Origin: an uncultured Actinomycetota bacterium
GTDB taxonomy: Bacteria; Actinomycetota; Actinomycetes; Mycobacteriales; Micromonosporaceae
Length of the DNA: 64,000 nt
Direction of reading: 5' to 3'
Assembly: GCA_963836785.1 (NCBI GenBank)
Contig: CAWIKW010000019.1
Span: forward strand, 9,961-73,960
A model generated the notes under the pieces. That model searched no databases and had not been told where the DNA came from. It saw only the letters and a list, made by a program, of their open reading frames with translations. Each line of letters opens with the position of its first letter. The stretch's first letter is position 1. This document shows, one piece after another, positions 25,509-34,701 of the stretch. The position numbers were made by a program, and so were the translations under genes.

Positions 25509-26489
25509 ATGTCTAATCACTTCAGCGCCGACAACCTCAAGTTCCCCGGCGATGACAGGCGCCTCGATTTGACCGACGTATTCGCGTTCGTCTCGCCCGA
25601 GGACCCGAGCAAGACCGTGCTGATCATCGACTCGAACCCGACCAGCGCACCGCCCCCGATCCCCGCGCAGGACAAGGGGCCGGCGTTCTACCCGGGCGCG
25701 GTCTATCGGATCAACATCGATACCGATGGCGACGCGCAGGCCGACGTCGCGTTCACGTTCGTGTTCTCCGAGTACGCCAACGGCAGGCAAACCGGGACCG
25801 CCTGGTATGCCACCGGCACCGAAGCCCGTCAGCCCGAGCCGGCCGGCGAGGTAGTCGCCGAGTCGTTCCCGGTCAGCTTCGACGGCATGGTCCGGCCAGT
25901 CCAGGCCGGCCGGATTCGGTTCTTCACCGGACTGCGCAGCGACCCGTTCTTCGCCGACGTCGAGGGCGCCCTGCACGGATTGGTCTGGACCGGGCACGAC
26001 GACTTCGCTGACAACAATGTCGACTCGATCGCGCTGGAAGTGCCCAGCGACATGCTCGGCACCGGTCCGAAGATCGGGGTCTGGGCCTCGATCAGCCGTC
26101 GCGGCGACGGGGGCATGCTCGAGCAGATGGACCGCGGTGGGAACCCGACCATCAACCCGTTCATCAACCCGGACGGGGAGAAAGACCTCTACAACTCACG
26201 GCAGCCCGTCGACGACGTGGCCAACTACCTAGGGCCGTGGTCCAAGATTCTGGAAGCCGGCGGTTACTCGCCCGAGGACGCCAAGACGGCCGCCCTGCAG
26301 GTGCTGCCCGACATCCTCCAGTACGACCGCACCAAGCCCGCCGCCTACCCCAATGGCCGCGCGCTCACCGATGACATCTACAGCTACCGCTTTGCCTGGT
26401 TGAGCAACGGCAAGGTCCCTCCCACCGGCCTGCAGCCGCACGACGACCTGCTGGCCGATTTCCCCTACGTCGGGCCACCCAACCCCTAG
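25509..26489 (+). CDS. DUF4331-family protein
   Basis: MSNHFSADNLKFPGDDRRLDLTDVFAF is the characteristic DUF4331 N-terminus. ATG 25509 lies 6 nt after GAGGGAG. Confidence 0.75.
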   Translation: MSNHFSADNLKFPGDDRRLDLTDVFAFVSPEDPSKTVLIIDSNPTSAPPPIPAQDKGPAFYPGAVYRINIDTDGDAQADVAFTFVFSEYANGRQTGTAWYATGTEARQPEPAGEVVAESFPVSFDGMVRPVQAGRIRFFTGLRSDPFFADVEGALHGLVWTGHDDFADNNVDSIALEVPSDMLGTGPKIGVWASISRRGDGGMLEQMDRGGNPTINPFINPDGEKDLYNSRQPVDDVANYLGPWSKILEAGGYSPEDAKTAALQVLPDILQYDRTKPAAYPNGRALTDDIYSYRFAWLSNGKVPPTGLQPHDDLLADFPYVGPPNP

Positions 26490-26555
26490 CCGGCGCAAAG
26501 CGCCTTTCGGCGCCGGCGACGAGACGGCCGCCCGCCGCCTGCGCGGCGGGCGGCC
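26489..26555 (+). terminator. Two consecutive GC-rich hairpins after the DUF4331 gene
   Basis: Hairpin 1 is gccggcgc (26489-96) paired with gcgccggc (26510-17). Hairpin 2 is a perfect 13-bp stem, ggccgcccgccgc (26526-38) paired with gcggcgggcggcc (26543-55), with a 4-nt loop. Confidence 0.6.
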
Positions 26556-26700
26556 TGCTCCGCGGTCGCCGTCGGTAGCTGGGCATAGACATCGGGCGCC
26601 GGTTCGGCATCCGCATCGACAACATCAGCTCTGCCGATACGCGCTATCCGGTCGCTTGCGTGTAGTTAGTGTGGAGCCCGCTGCAGAGGCAGGAGGAGCG

Positions 26701-27000
26701 GTGGAGTTTCTGGTTGACATGGTGACGACGGTGCCCGACGGCACGTCGGACGATGAGGTCGCCGACATGCGCAAGCGCGAGGCCGCCCGGGCGGCTGAGC
26801 TGGCCGCGCAGGGGAATCTTCTGCGGCTGTGGCGGCCGCCGCTGGCGCCGGGCGAGTGGCGTACGTGGGGGCTGTTCAGCGCGGATGATGGGGATCAACT
26901 GGAAACGGTGCTGGCGTCGATGCCACTGCGTGTGTGGCGCCATGACGGCGTCACTCCGTTGTCGCCCCATCCGAGCGATCCGGGTCCGACGCCGCGGTAG
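26701..27000 (+). CDS. Muconolactone delta-isomerase-family protein
   Basis: GTG 26701. VEFLVDMVTTVP...EAARAAELAAQGNLLRLWRPP...WGLFSADDGDQLETVLASMPL...VTPL follows the MIase fold pattern (MLFHVRMDV...). The 3' end overlaps the convergent LysR gene by 50 nt. Confidence 0.7.
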   Translation: MEFLVDMVTTVPDGTSDDEVADMRKREAARAAELAAQGNLLRLWRPPLAPGEWRTWGLFSADDGDQLETVLASMPLRVWRHDGVTPLSPHPSDPGPTPR

Positions 27001-27907
27001 CTCGGAACGGGTCGCCTGCCGGGATCCAGGCCGTCGTTTCCAGGCCGAGTGGGCCGATGTCGCGGGTCAGTGCGTCGATGGTGGCCCGTACGGCGGTGCG
27101 CGTCTCGTCCCGCCGTGACACGAGGGCCCACGTCCAGTAGGGCGCCGGATCCACCACCGGCCGCTGTGTGAGATCGGGCGGAACCGGTGCGGTCTGGCCT
27201 TTCGGCGAGTTGATGATCGGACGGCCGAGCCGGCGTACGTGGTCGAAGAAGGCCGGGCCGGTGATGCCACCGTCGTCGATGTGTACGACGCGGGCTCCGG
27301 TGTCGCGGGCGAACTCCTCGGCGTAGAGGTTCCATGACGACCATCGGGCTGAGTCGGCATCCTGGAGCACCAGGGTGTCCTTGGCTTTGACCGCGGATGC
27401 GGCGGTGCCGGTGGAGACGGCGTAGAGCCGGTCGGCACCGATCAGCCGTGCGTCGAGGTCGTAGTTGACCAGGTCGTCGGCCTGGACCCAGCAGATCGCC
27501 AGGTCGATGCTGCGGTCGGCGACCCTGCTCGCCTGGGTGTGAGAGGGCATCACCCATGCGTCGACCTGCAGCTGCGCGACGCCTGAAGCGCGCGTGGCCA
27601 GGTCGGGCGGGCGCCAGCTGACGTAACCGAGCCGGACCGGTTCGGTCGCGGACATGCCGGCCGCGAACCGGCGCAGCACGTCGGCCTGGTCGAGCAGCGC
27701 GCGGGTCCGGGGGAGCATCGCCTCGCCGGAGGCGGTGAGCGTGACCGAGCGGCGGTCACGGTCGAATAGCCGTACCCCTAAGTCCCGTTCCAGGGTCTTG
27801 ATCTGCTGAGAGAGTGACGGGCCGGCGATGCGCAAGCGGTCAGCCGCTCGGCCGAAGCTCAGCTCTTCGGCCACCGCGACGAAATAGCGCAGCTGGCGTA
27901 GCTCCAC
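26951..27907 (-). CDS. LysR-family transcriptional regulator
   Basis: GTG 27907 (VELRQLRYFVAVAEELSFGRAADRLRIAGPSLSQQIKTLE, a canonical LTTR HTH). The upstream 34 codons of the track ORF were discarded. Confidence 0.88.
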   Translation of the reverse strand: MELRQLRYFVAVAEELSFGRAADRLRIAGPSLSQQIKTLERDLGVRLFDRDRRSVTLTASGEAMLPRTRALLDQADVLRRFAAGMSATEPVRLGYVSWRPPDLATRASGVAQLQVDAWVMPSHTQASRVADRSIDLAICWVQADDLVNYDLDARLIGADRLYAVSTGTAASAVKAKDTLVLQDADSARWSSWNLYAEEFARDTGARVVHIDDGGITGPAFFDHVRRLGRPIINSPKGQTAPVPPDLTQRPVVDPAPYWTWALVSRRDETRTAVRATIDALTRDIGPLGLETTAWIPAGDPFRATAASDPDRSDGATTE

Positions 27908-28453
27908 CGGCCCAGCGTAGTGCGGTGGAAGGCGCCACCTACCAACAGGTAGTAAGCCGGTCGTGGCAGACGACGCTGGTCGCGCGCACCATTTGTGCAT
28001 GACCACCACGACGGAGAGGATCGGGTGACGCTGTCACGGGCATCGCTGGTCATGACCACCGTCGCGGGTGCCGCAGGTCTCGGCGATGCCGCCGGGGCGC
28101 TGCCAGCCTGGAACCACCTCAGCCGGCACCACCGCGATGGCAGTCGCATGCGGATCACCGGAGTAGCGACCCGGACGGATACGCCAGGCTAACCAGCGAC
28201 GAAGCGGCGCAGGCCGCGCAGATCGTCGACGCCGGCACGGTAGTCCCGGTGCACGCCGAAGGCTCGTCCCACTTAGCCGAAGGCATCCGCGATCTGCGGG
28301 CCGCATTCGACCGGCACGGTCCGATCGACCGTCTCCGGATCCTCAGGCCCGGAGAGACGGCCGCGCTCTAACCAACGCCACAACGAGCGGCGCCGCATCA
28401 CGGCGGTGCGGATTACGCACGCCCGTAACCAACAAGAAGAAAGAGAGAAAACA

Positions 28454-29161
28454 TTGAGTACGCAGAAGGTCGCCGTCATCACCGGCGCGTCCCAGGGCAT
28501 CGGCGCCGCACTGGTGACCGCATATCGCAAGCTCGGCTATGCGGTTGTCGCCAACTCCCGCACGATGACACCGTCGGATGACCCGCTGGTGCTGAGCGTC
28601 GCGGGAGACATTGCCGACCCGGCCGTCGCAGCCCGCGTCATCGAAGAGGGTCTCGCCGCGTTCGGACGCATCGACACGCTCGTCAACAACGCCGGCGTGT
28701 TTGTCGCCAAGCCGTTCACCGACTACACCGACGAGGACTACGACCTGGTCACCGGCGTCAATCTCCGCGGGTTCTTCGAGGTGTCGAAGCGGGCCATCAC
28801 GGCAATGCTGGCCCAGGGCGGCGGACACGTCGTCAACATCTCGACAAGCCTTACCGACCACGCCAGCAGCAGCGTGACCGCCGCGCTGGCCTCGCTCACC
28901 AAGGGCGGACTCAACGCGGTCACCAAGTCCTTGGCGATCGAGTACGCCACCCGCGGCGTGCGGGTCAACGCCGTCTCACCTGGCATCATCCGTACCCCGA
29001 TGCACCCGGCCGAGACACACGAATTCCTCGCCGGTCTGCACCCGGTCGGCCGGATGGGTGAGGTCAGCGACATTGTCGAGGCGATCACGTATCTCGAGAC
29101 CGCCGGGTTCGTCACCGGCGAGATCCTGCATGTCGACGGCGGTCAGAGCGCCGGCCACTAA
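28454..29161 (+). CDS. SDR-family oxidoreductase
   Basis: TTG 28454 follows an AGAAAGAGAG tract. VAVITGASQGIG, NNAG and SPGIIRTPM motifs. Confidence 0.85.
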   Translation: MSTQKVAVITGASQGIGAALVTAYRKLGYAVVANSRTMTPSDDPLVLSVAGDIADPAVAARVIEEGLAAFGRIDTLVNNAGVFVAKPFTDYTDEDYDLVTGVNLRGFFEVSKRAITAMLAQGGGHVVNISTSLTDHASSSVTAALASLTKGGLNAVTKSLAIEYATRGVRVNAVSPGIIRTPMHPAETHEFLAGLHPVGRMGEVSDIVEAITYLETAGFVTGEILHVDGGQSAGH

Positions 29162-29237
29162 GCCCGATCGAACCCGGGGCGGGCGGCCGGATCCGCCGCC
29201 GTCCGCTCCACCAGCCCAACCACCTAGGAGAACCATC

Positions 29238-29603
29238 ATGACCACTACCGAGACCGAAATCTTGCGTCCCGTCCTCGACCAGTGGAAGTCCGCCGTCGAC
29301 GCCCACGACCCAAAGCGCGTCGCATCACTGTTCACCGAGGACGCAATCCTCCAGGGACTGCACCCGTACAGCGTCGGCCCAGACGGGGTCGCCGAGTATT
29401 TCGACTCCCAGCCGATTGGCATGACGCCGACGTACACCATCCGCGAAACCCGGCGCCTCGCGGACAACCTGGTGCTCGGCTACATGAGCGTCGAATTCGC
29501 CTTCTCCGACCGGCCGGTCCTGACCGTCTACCTCAGCGTCATCGTGCGCCGCATCGGCGACGCCTGGTTCATCAGCCACTACCAGGTATCGCTGCTCCCG
29601 TAG
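29238..29603 (+). CDS. SnoaL-like / NTF2-fold (DUF4440-like) protein
   Basis: ATG 29238 lies 7 nt after AGGAG. 121 aa with LDQWKSAVDAHDPKRVASLFTEDAI...WFISHYQVS. Confidence 0.7.
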   Translation: MTTTETEILRPVLDQWKSAVDAHDPKRVASLFTEDAILQGLHPYSVGPDGVAEYFDSQPIGMTPTYTIRETRRLADNLVLGYMSVEFAFSDRPVLTVYLSVIVRRIGDAWFISHYQVSLLP

Positions 29604-29618
29604 CCCGAGTTCCTCATT

Positions 29619-29684
29619 AACCGGGTGACAATACTCGCGGAGCCAGTTACCCGGCCCGGCGAGCGACCTGCCAAGTTACCCGGC
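29619..29684. promoter_or_regulatory. Repeated GTTACCCGG motif upstream of the 1,634-aa signalling gene
   Basis: AGTTACCCGGC at 29645-29655 and 29674-29684 (29-bp period). An inverted near-copy aaccgggtgac at 29619-29629. A degenerate copy GGTTACTCGCC at 29703-29713. Confidence 0.45.
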
Positions 29685-29767
29685 GATGTCTCGTAACATG
29701 GTGGTTACTCGCCGCACGCCAGAACGCGAAGCGAACAAGGGTCGAACGCGCGGCGTGGAGTTGGAGT

Positions 29768-32700
29768 ATGGGCGCTGGCCAGACGCCTGCCGGCAGAGAG
29801 CCGCCGAGTCGAGTGGACGTGTTGCACGAGACGCAACGGACTCGGGTGACGCGGTTGTCACTGGCTGGCCGAACCGTGATCCGCAAAGAACCGCTGGGGC
29901 CGGGGTGGCCGGACCGTCTGCGGCATGAGCTGGGCATCCTGGAGCGGTTGCGCGGCGTTGCCGGTGTGGCGCAGGTGGCGGATGCGCCGCCGTGGCCGGA
30001 TTCGATCCTCCTCGACGACGTCGGCGGGGTACCCCTGTCCGCCGTACCGATGCCGCTGGATCCGGACGAATTGGTACGGGTGGCCATGGCTATGGCCCGT
30101 GCGGTCGCGGGCATGCATGACCGGGGAGTGATGCACCGGGATATCGGGCCGGCGAACATTCTGCTGTCCGGGTCAGGCGGCGCCGTCTGTCTGGTGGATT
30201 TCGCGTTGGCGACTTCGGTCGCGGAGATCCGGCCGAGGTTCACCCACCACAGCGAAATCGTCGGAACCCTGCCGTATCTTGCACCGGAGCAGACTGGGCG
30301 TACGGGTCGTCCGATTGATCAACGGGCCGATCTGTATGCGGTAGGGGCCACGCTCTACGAGCTGGCGACCGGCGATCCACCCTTCGGCCGTGGTGATGCG
30401 TTGGTCCTGAGCCACGATGTTCTCGCTCGGGTGCCGGTGGCACCCGCAGTCGTCAACCCGGCGGTGCCTCGTTTCTTGTCTGACATCGTCATGCATCTGC
30501 TGGAGAAGGAACCGGACAGCCGGTATCAGACGGCCGAGGGATTGGTCCATGATCTCGCGCAGTTGATCGAGGGTGGGGAGCGCATCGGAACGCCGGGCGT
30601 CGGAGAGCACGACTTTCCGTTGCGTTTGGTCCCGCCGTCGCGGTTGGCGGGGCGCGAAGTCGAGGTCGCTCGTCTGGGCGCGGCGTTTAGCGGAGCGACG
30701 TCGGGTCAGTGTCGCGGCGTACTGGTCTGTGGAGAGCAGGGTGTCGGCAAGACCGCGTTGATCGACGAGTTGCGTCCGATCGTCACCGCGGCCGACGGAT
30801 GGCTCGTGGTGGGCAAGTTCGACCAGTATCGCAACGATCACGGCTACGGGCTGTATCAGGCGTTTCGCGCAGTGGGCCAGCTGTTGCTGGCCGAGCCGGA
30901 GGAAGAGCTGGCGGACGTGCGTGACTGGCTCCTGAATATGCTCGGCCCCAACGCTGGTCTGGTCACCGCGATGAGCCCCGAGTTCGCGGCGCTGCTCGGT
31001 GTTGTACCGGAGGTGGGTGATCCGGTGACGGCTGCGACACGTTCGCAGCAAGCCGGACTAGCGATCCTGCGGGCGGCGGCTTCCCGTAAGCGGCCGCTCG
31101 TCCTCGTCCTTGACGATCTTCAATGGGCAAGCCCTCGGACGTTGAGTTTTCTCGATCTTGTTTTCGGTGACGATCGCGTGGATGGGTTGCTGGTCGTCGC
31201 GGGGTATCGCGAGAATGCGGTCGACGCCACCAACCTCCTGAGCCGATCGCTGGGCCGGTGGCGGCAGCATGGCGGTTTGGAAGAGTTGCGTCTGGGGCCG
31301 TTGCCGGCGGCGGATCAGACCACGATGGTCGCGGACATGCTCCGCCTGAACGCCGCGGCCGTGGCGGAGTTGGCGCGGGCGATAGCGCCACTCGCCAGAG
31401 GCAGTCCATATGACACGGTTGAACTGCTCAACGCCCTGCGTCGCGACGGCATCCTGCTACCTAGGGCGGGCCGGTGGTGGTGGGATCCGGCCGCGTTGCA
31501 CCGCTATCTGGCCACCGCCGACGTTGAGCACGTGCTCGCGGCGCGGATAGCGGCGATGCCGCGCGCGACGCAAGCAACGCTGGAGGCGATGGCGTGCCTG
31601 GGTGGCCGGGTCGAACTGTCGCTGCTGCGGGCCGCGACCGGCCGCCCGATGACGACGATCGAGCGGCGCTTGGCGCCCGCTCTGGATGATGGGTTGTTGG
31701 TGATGGAGTCCGGCACCGCCGATGCGGTGCGGTTCCGCCATGACCGTGTTCAAGGGGTGATCCTGCGGCGGCTGGAGCCCGTACGTCAGCAGCGCTTGCG
31801 TTTGGGCATGGCGAGGCGGTTGGCCACCGTACCGGAGTTTTCCGGCAATGCCGCGCAGCAGTACCTACCGGTGCTCGACCTGCTGCGAGATGCTGGCGAG
31901 CGGCAACGAGTGGCCGTGTTACTGCGCCGCGCGGCTGAGCAGGCCGAACTGTTGACGCATTACCCCGTGGTGGACAAGCTTCTTGAGGCCGCGGTACGCC
32001 TGACCGACCCGCGGCAGCGGGTCGCGCTGATCGAGATGCAGACGGGTCGCCACGCCGCTCTTTTCGGGCTCGGTCGGTTGGCGGAAGCCGACGATTTGTA
32101 CGCGACGATTGCCCGTCTGTCGACAACACCCCTCGAGCGCGTGGATGCGACGTTGGTGCAGGTCAGCAGTTTGATCAATCGCGGTCGCGACGAGGAGGCG
32201 CTCGGTCTCGGTGGCGAGGTGCTGGGACAGCTCGGCCTGGTGGTGACCTCGGCGGAGGAGATGCCGGCCGAGATCGACCGCGGTTTTGCGGTGTTGCATC
32301 GGTGGCTGGATGAGACGGACCAGGCAGATGACCTGCGTCGTCCAGAGATCACTGACCCGGTCATTCTGTCCCGAGCAGTCATGATCAACCGAATGATACC
32401 GGCGGCGTACCGCCGTGATCAGCTCCTGATGAGCTGGTTGACGCTTCAGGCGTTGCAGATCCTGGTCGAACACGGTCCCGGCCCCGCGCTCATCGGACCG
32501 GCGGGATTCACCGCGCTGGCCAGCATGGTCGTACGGGAGGACTACCGCACCGGCTACCGCGCCATCCGCCGGATACTGGCGCTCGGCGAAGCGCACGGGT
32601 ACGCGACGGACACCCCACACGCCCGCTTCGTTGCCTCCCAGATCAGTCATTGGTTCACACCGCTCGAAGACTCGATCCGGCAAAACCGGCAGGCGCGGGA

Positions 32701-34672
32701 AGGTCTCATCTGGAGCGGCGACCTCGCGTACGGAAGTCTCACCGACGAGGTCAGCGTGCCCGAGCTCCTCGACTGCACACCGTCGCTGGACGCCTATCTG
32801 GCCATGATCGACGCTGGCCTCGCGTTCGCCAAGCGCACCGGAAGCGAACACACCTTCGAGGTGATGGAGGGTTATCGCAGACTGGTCGACCGGCTCCGGA
32901 GCGAGGTCGCAGATCCAGCCGTCGACGAGGCTGGATTCCTGGAGAGATACGCCGACAACCAGCACGCCACGACGCACGCACACATCAGTCGGGCCGTCGC
33001 CGCCGCCGTCTTTGGCGACCAGGAACAGTTGGCCACGCACACCACGGCGGCGATGCCGATGCTCGCTGCCATCGTCGGCAACTACTCGACGGCGGTGGCC
33101 CGCGTGTTGCGGGTGTTGGCGCTGACCGACCAGATCCACGCAACGCCGGGCGAGGAGCACGGCGCGCTCCTGAATGAGTTGGATGAAATCATCGAATGGC
33201 TGGCCGCGCGAGCGGCGGATGCGCCGACAAACTTTCTGCATCTGTTGCTGTTGGCTCAAGCCGAGCGTGCGTGGGCGGTAGGCGAGTTCCGAGCCGCCCT
33301 GCACGCTTTCGATGCGGCCCAACGTGAAGCGTCGGCCCGCCAGCGCCCCTGGCATCGGGGCGTGATCTTCGAACGCGCGGCACAGTTCTACCTCGCCGAC
33401 GGCATGCAGCACACCGGATACACCTTGTTGGCCGAAGCCCGCGCGGAATACCAGGCGTGGGGCGCCACCGCCAAGGTCGACGAGCTCGACTGGGCCTACC
33501 CTGGACTGCTCTCGGCACCCGAGCAACTCAGCGATCAGGAAGGTGGGCCGCCGGCCGATCATCCCGGGCAGCGGCGGTCGACGATAACGACCGGAGCAAT
33601 CAATCTGCTCGGGGTGCTGTCGGCATCCCAGGCCCTGAGCTCGGAAACCAGCGTTGATGGTCTGCGGGCCCGGATCGCAGATGTATTGGGCGCCATGACC
33701 GGCGCGACCGGTGTAAGCCTGCTGTTGCGCGGCGACAATCCGCGGGAATGGTTCTTGTCCACTCCGGACGGTCCCGGCGGCGTCCTACCGGTCGACCAGG
33801 GCATGCAGAATCGGCTGGTCCCTACGTCGGTACTGCGCTACGCGCAACGGATCCGGGAACCTCTGGTCGTCAACGACGCGGTCCATGATGACCGTTTCGC
33901 TCGCGACCCGTACTTCGGTGAGGTCGAACTCTGCTCGCTCCTGGCCGTACCGATCGTCAACCGCGGCGAGCTGAAGGCGTTGCTGCTGCTGGAGAACCGG
34001 CTCATGCGCGGGGCGTTTTCCGGTGAGCGACTGGGCGGGATCATGCTCATCGCGGGTCAGTTGGCGGTATCACTGGACAATGCGTTGATCTACGCATCGC
34101 TGGAACGCAAGGTAGCCCAGAGCACCCAGGAACTAGCCGACGCCAATGACCGGCTGCAACTACTGAGCATCACCGACCCGCTGACCGGGCTGGCCAACCG
34201 GCGCCGCTTCGAAGATGTGCTGGGCGCCGAGTGGGAGCGCGGGCAACGTTCCGGCAAACCCGTCGCCCTCGCGATGATCGACATTGATCACTTCAAGCGC
34301 TACAACGATCGGCACGGACACCCGGCCGGGGACCGACGCCTGCAACATGTGGCCGCCACGCTGCGACAGAACATCCGCGACAGTGACCTGCTGGCTCGCT
34401 ACGGGGGCGAGGAATTCGCTGTGGTGATGCCCACCACCGATGTCGCCGCGGCCAAACAAACGGCGGAACGGCTGCGCACCGCCGTCATGCGCATGGCAGC
34501 CGGGGGCGAGGCCGATATCGATTCCACGATTACGGTCAGCATTGGCGTCGCGGCCACCGTGCCCGCACCGCACAACAGCGCTGAACGGCTCATCGAGTTG
34601 TCCGACGGCGAGTTGTACCGCGCCAAACGCAGTGGCCGGAACCGGGTATGCGCGGCCGATATCCCCACCTGA
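29768..34672 (+). CDS. Multidomain signalling protein: protein-kinase-like domain, AAA_16/STAND-type ATPase, helical (TPR-like) region, GAF, and GGDEF diguanylate cyclase
   Basis: 1,634 aa; GGAG 6 nt upstream of the ATG. Kinase-like motifs are VIRK, HRDIGPAN, DFA and APE. Walker A is GEQGVGKT (30731-54) and Walker B is LVLVLDD. The GGDEF domain has DPLTGLANRR, GGEEF (34403-17) and RDSD (34376-87). Confidence 0.85.
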   Translation: MGAGQTPAGREPPSRVDVLHETQRTRVTRLSLAGRTVIRKEPLGPGWPDRLRHELGILERLRGVAGVAQVADAPPWPDSILLDDVGGVPLSAVPMPLDPDELVRVAMAMARAVAGMHDRGVMHRDIGPANILLSGSGGAVCLVDFALATSVAEIRPRFTHHSEIVGTLPYLAPEQTGRTGRPIDQRADLYAVGATLYELATGDPPFGRGDALVLSHDVLARVPVAPAVVNPAVPRFLSDIVMHLLEKEPDSRYQTAEGLVHDLAQLIEGGERIGTPGVGEHDFPLRLVPPSRLAGREVEVARLGAAFSGATSGQCRGVLVCGEQGVGKTALIDELRPIVTAADGWLVVGKFDQYRNDHGYGLYQAFRAVGQLLLAEPEEELADVRDWLLNMLGPNAGLVTAMSPEFAALLGVVPEVGDPVTAATRSQQAGLAILRAAASRKRPLVLVLDDLQWASPRTLSFLDLVFGDDRVDGLLVVAGYRENAVDATNLLSRSLGRWRQHGGLEELRLGPLPAADQTTMVADMLRLNAAAVAELARAIAPLARGSPYDTVELLNALRRDGILLPRAGRWWWDPAALHRYLATADVEHVLAARIAAMPRATQATLEAMACLGGRVELSLLRAATGRPMTTIERRLAPALDDGLLVMESGTADAVRFRHDRVQGVILRRLEPVRQQRLRLGMARRLATVPEFSGNAAQQYLPVLDLLRDAGERQRVAVLLRRAAEQAELLTHYPVVDKLLEAAVRLTDPRQRVALIEMQTGRHAALFGLGRLAEADDLYATIARLSTTPLERVDATLVQVSSLINRGRDEEALGLGGEVLGQLGLVVTSAEEMPAEIDRGFAVLHRWLDETDQADDLRRPEITDPVILSRAVMINRMIPAAYRRDQLLMSWLTLQALQILVEHGPGPALIGPAGFTALASMVVREDYRTGYRAIRRILALGEAHGYATDTPHARFVASQISHWFTPLEDSIRQNRQAREGLIWSGDLAYGSLTDEVSVPELLDCTPSLDAYLAMIDAGLAFAKRTGSEHTFEVMEGYRRLVDRLRSEVADPAVDEAGFLERYADNQHATTHAHISRAVAAAVFGDQEQLATHTTAAMPMLAAIVGNYSTAVARVLRVLALTDQIHATPGEEHGALLNELDEIIEWLAARAADAPTNFLHLLLLAQAERAWAVGEFRAALHAFDAAQREASARQRPWHRGVIFERAAQFYLADGMQHTGYTLLAEARAEYQAWGATAKVDELDWAYPGLLSAPEQLSDQEGGPPADHPGQRRSTITTGAINLLGVLSASQALSSETSVDGLRARIADVLGAMTGATGVSLLLRGDNPREWFLSTPDGPGGVLPVDQGMQNRLVPTSVLRYAQRIREPLVVNDAVHDDRFARDPYFGEVELCSLLAVPIVNRGELKALLLLENRLMRGAFSGERLGGIMLIAGQLAVSLDNALIYASLERKVAQSTQELADANDRLQLLSITDPLTGLANRRRFEDVLGAEWERGQRSGKPVALAMIDIDHFKRYNDRHGHPAGDRRLQHVAATLRQNIRDSDLLARYGGEEFAVVMPTTDVAAAKQTAERLRTAVMRMAAGGEADIDSTITVSIGVAATVPAPHNSAERLIELSDGELYRAKRSGRNRVCAADIPT

Positions 34673-34701
34673 CGAATGCTCTCGCCGCGACCGCGATGCG
34701 C

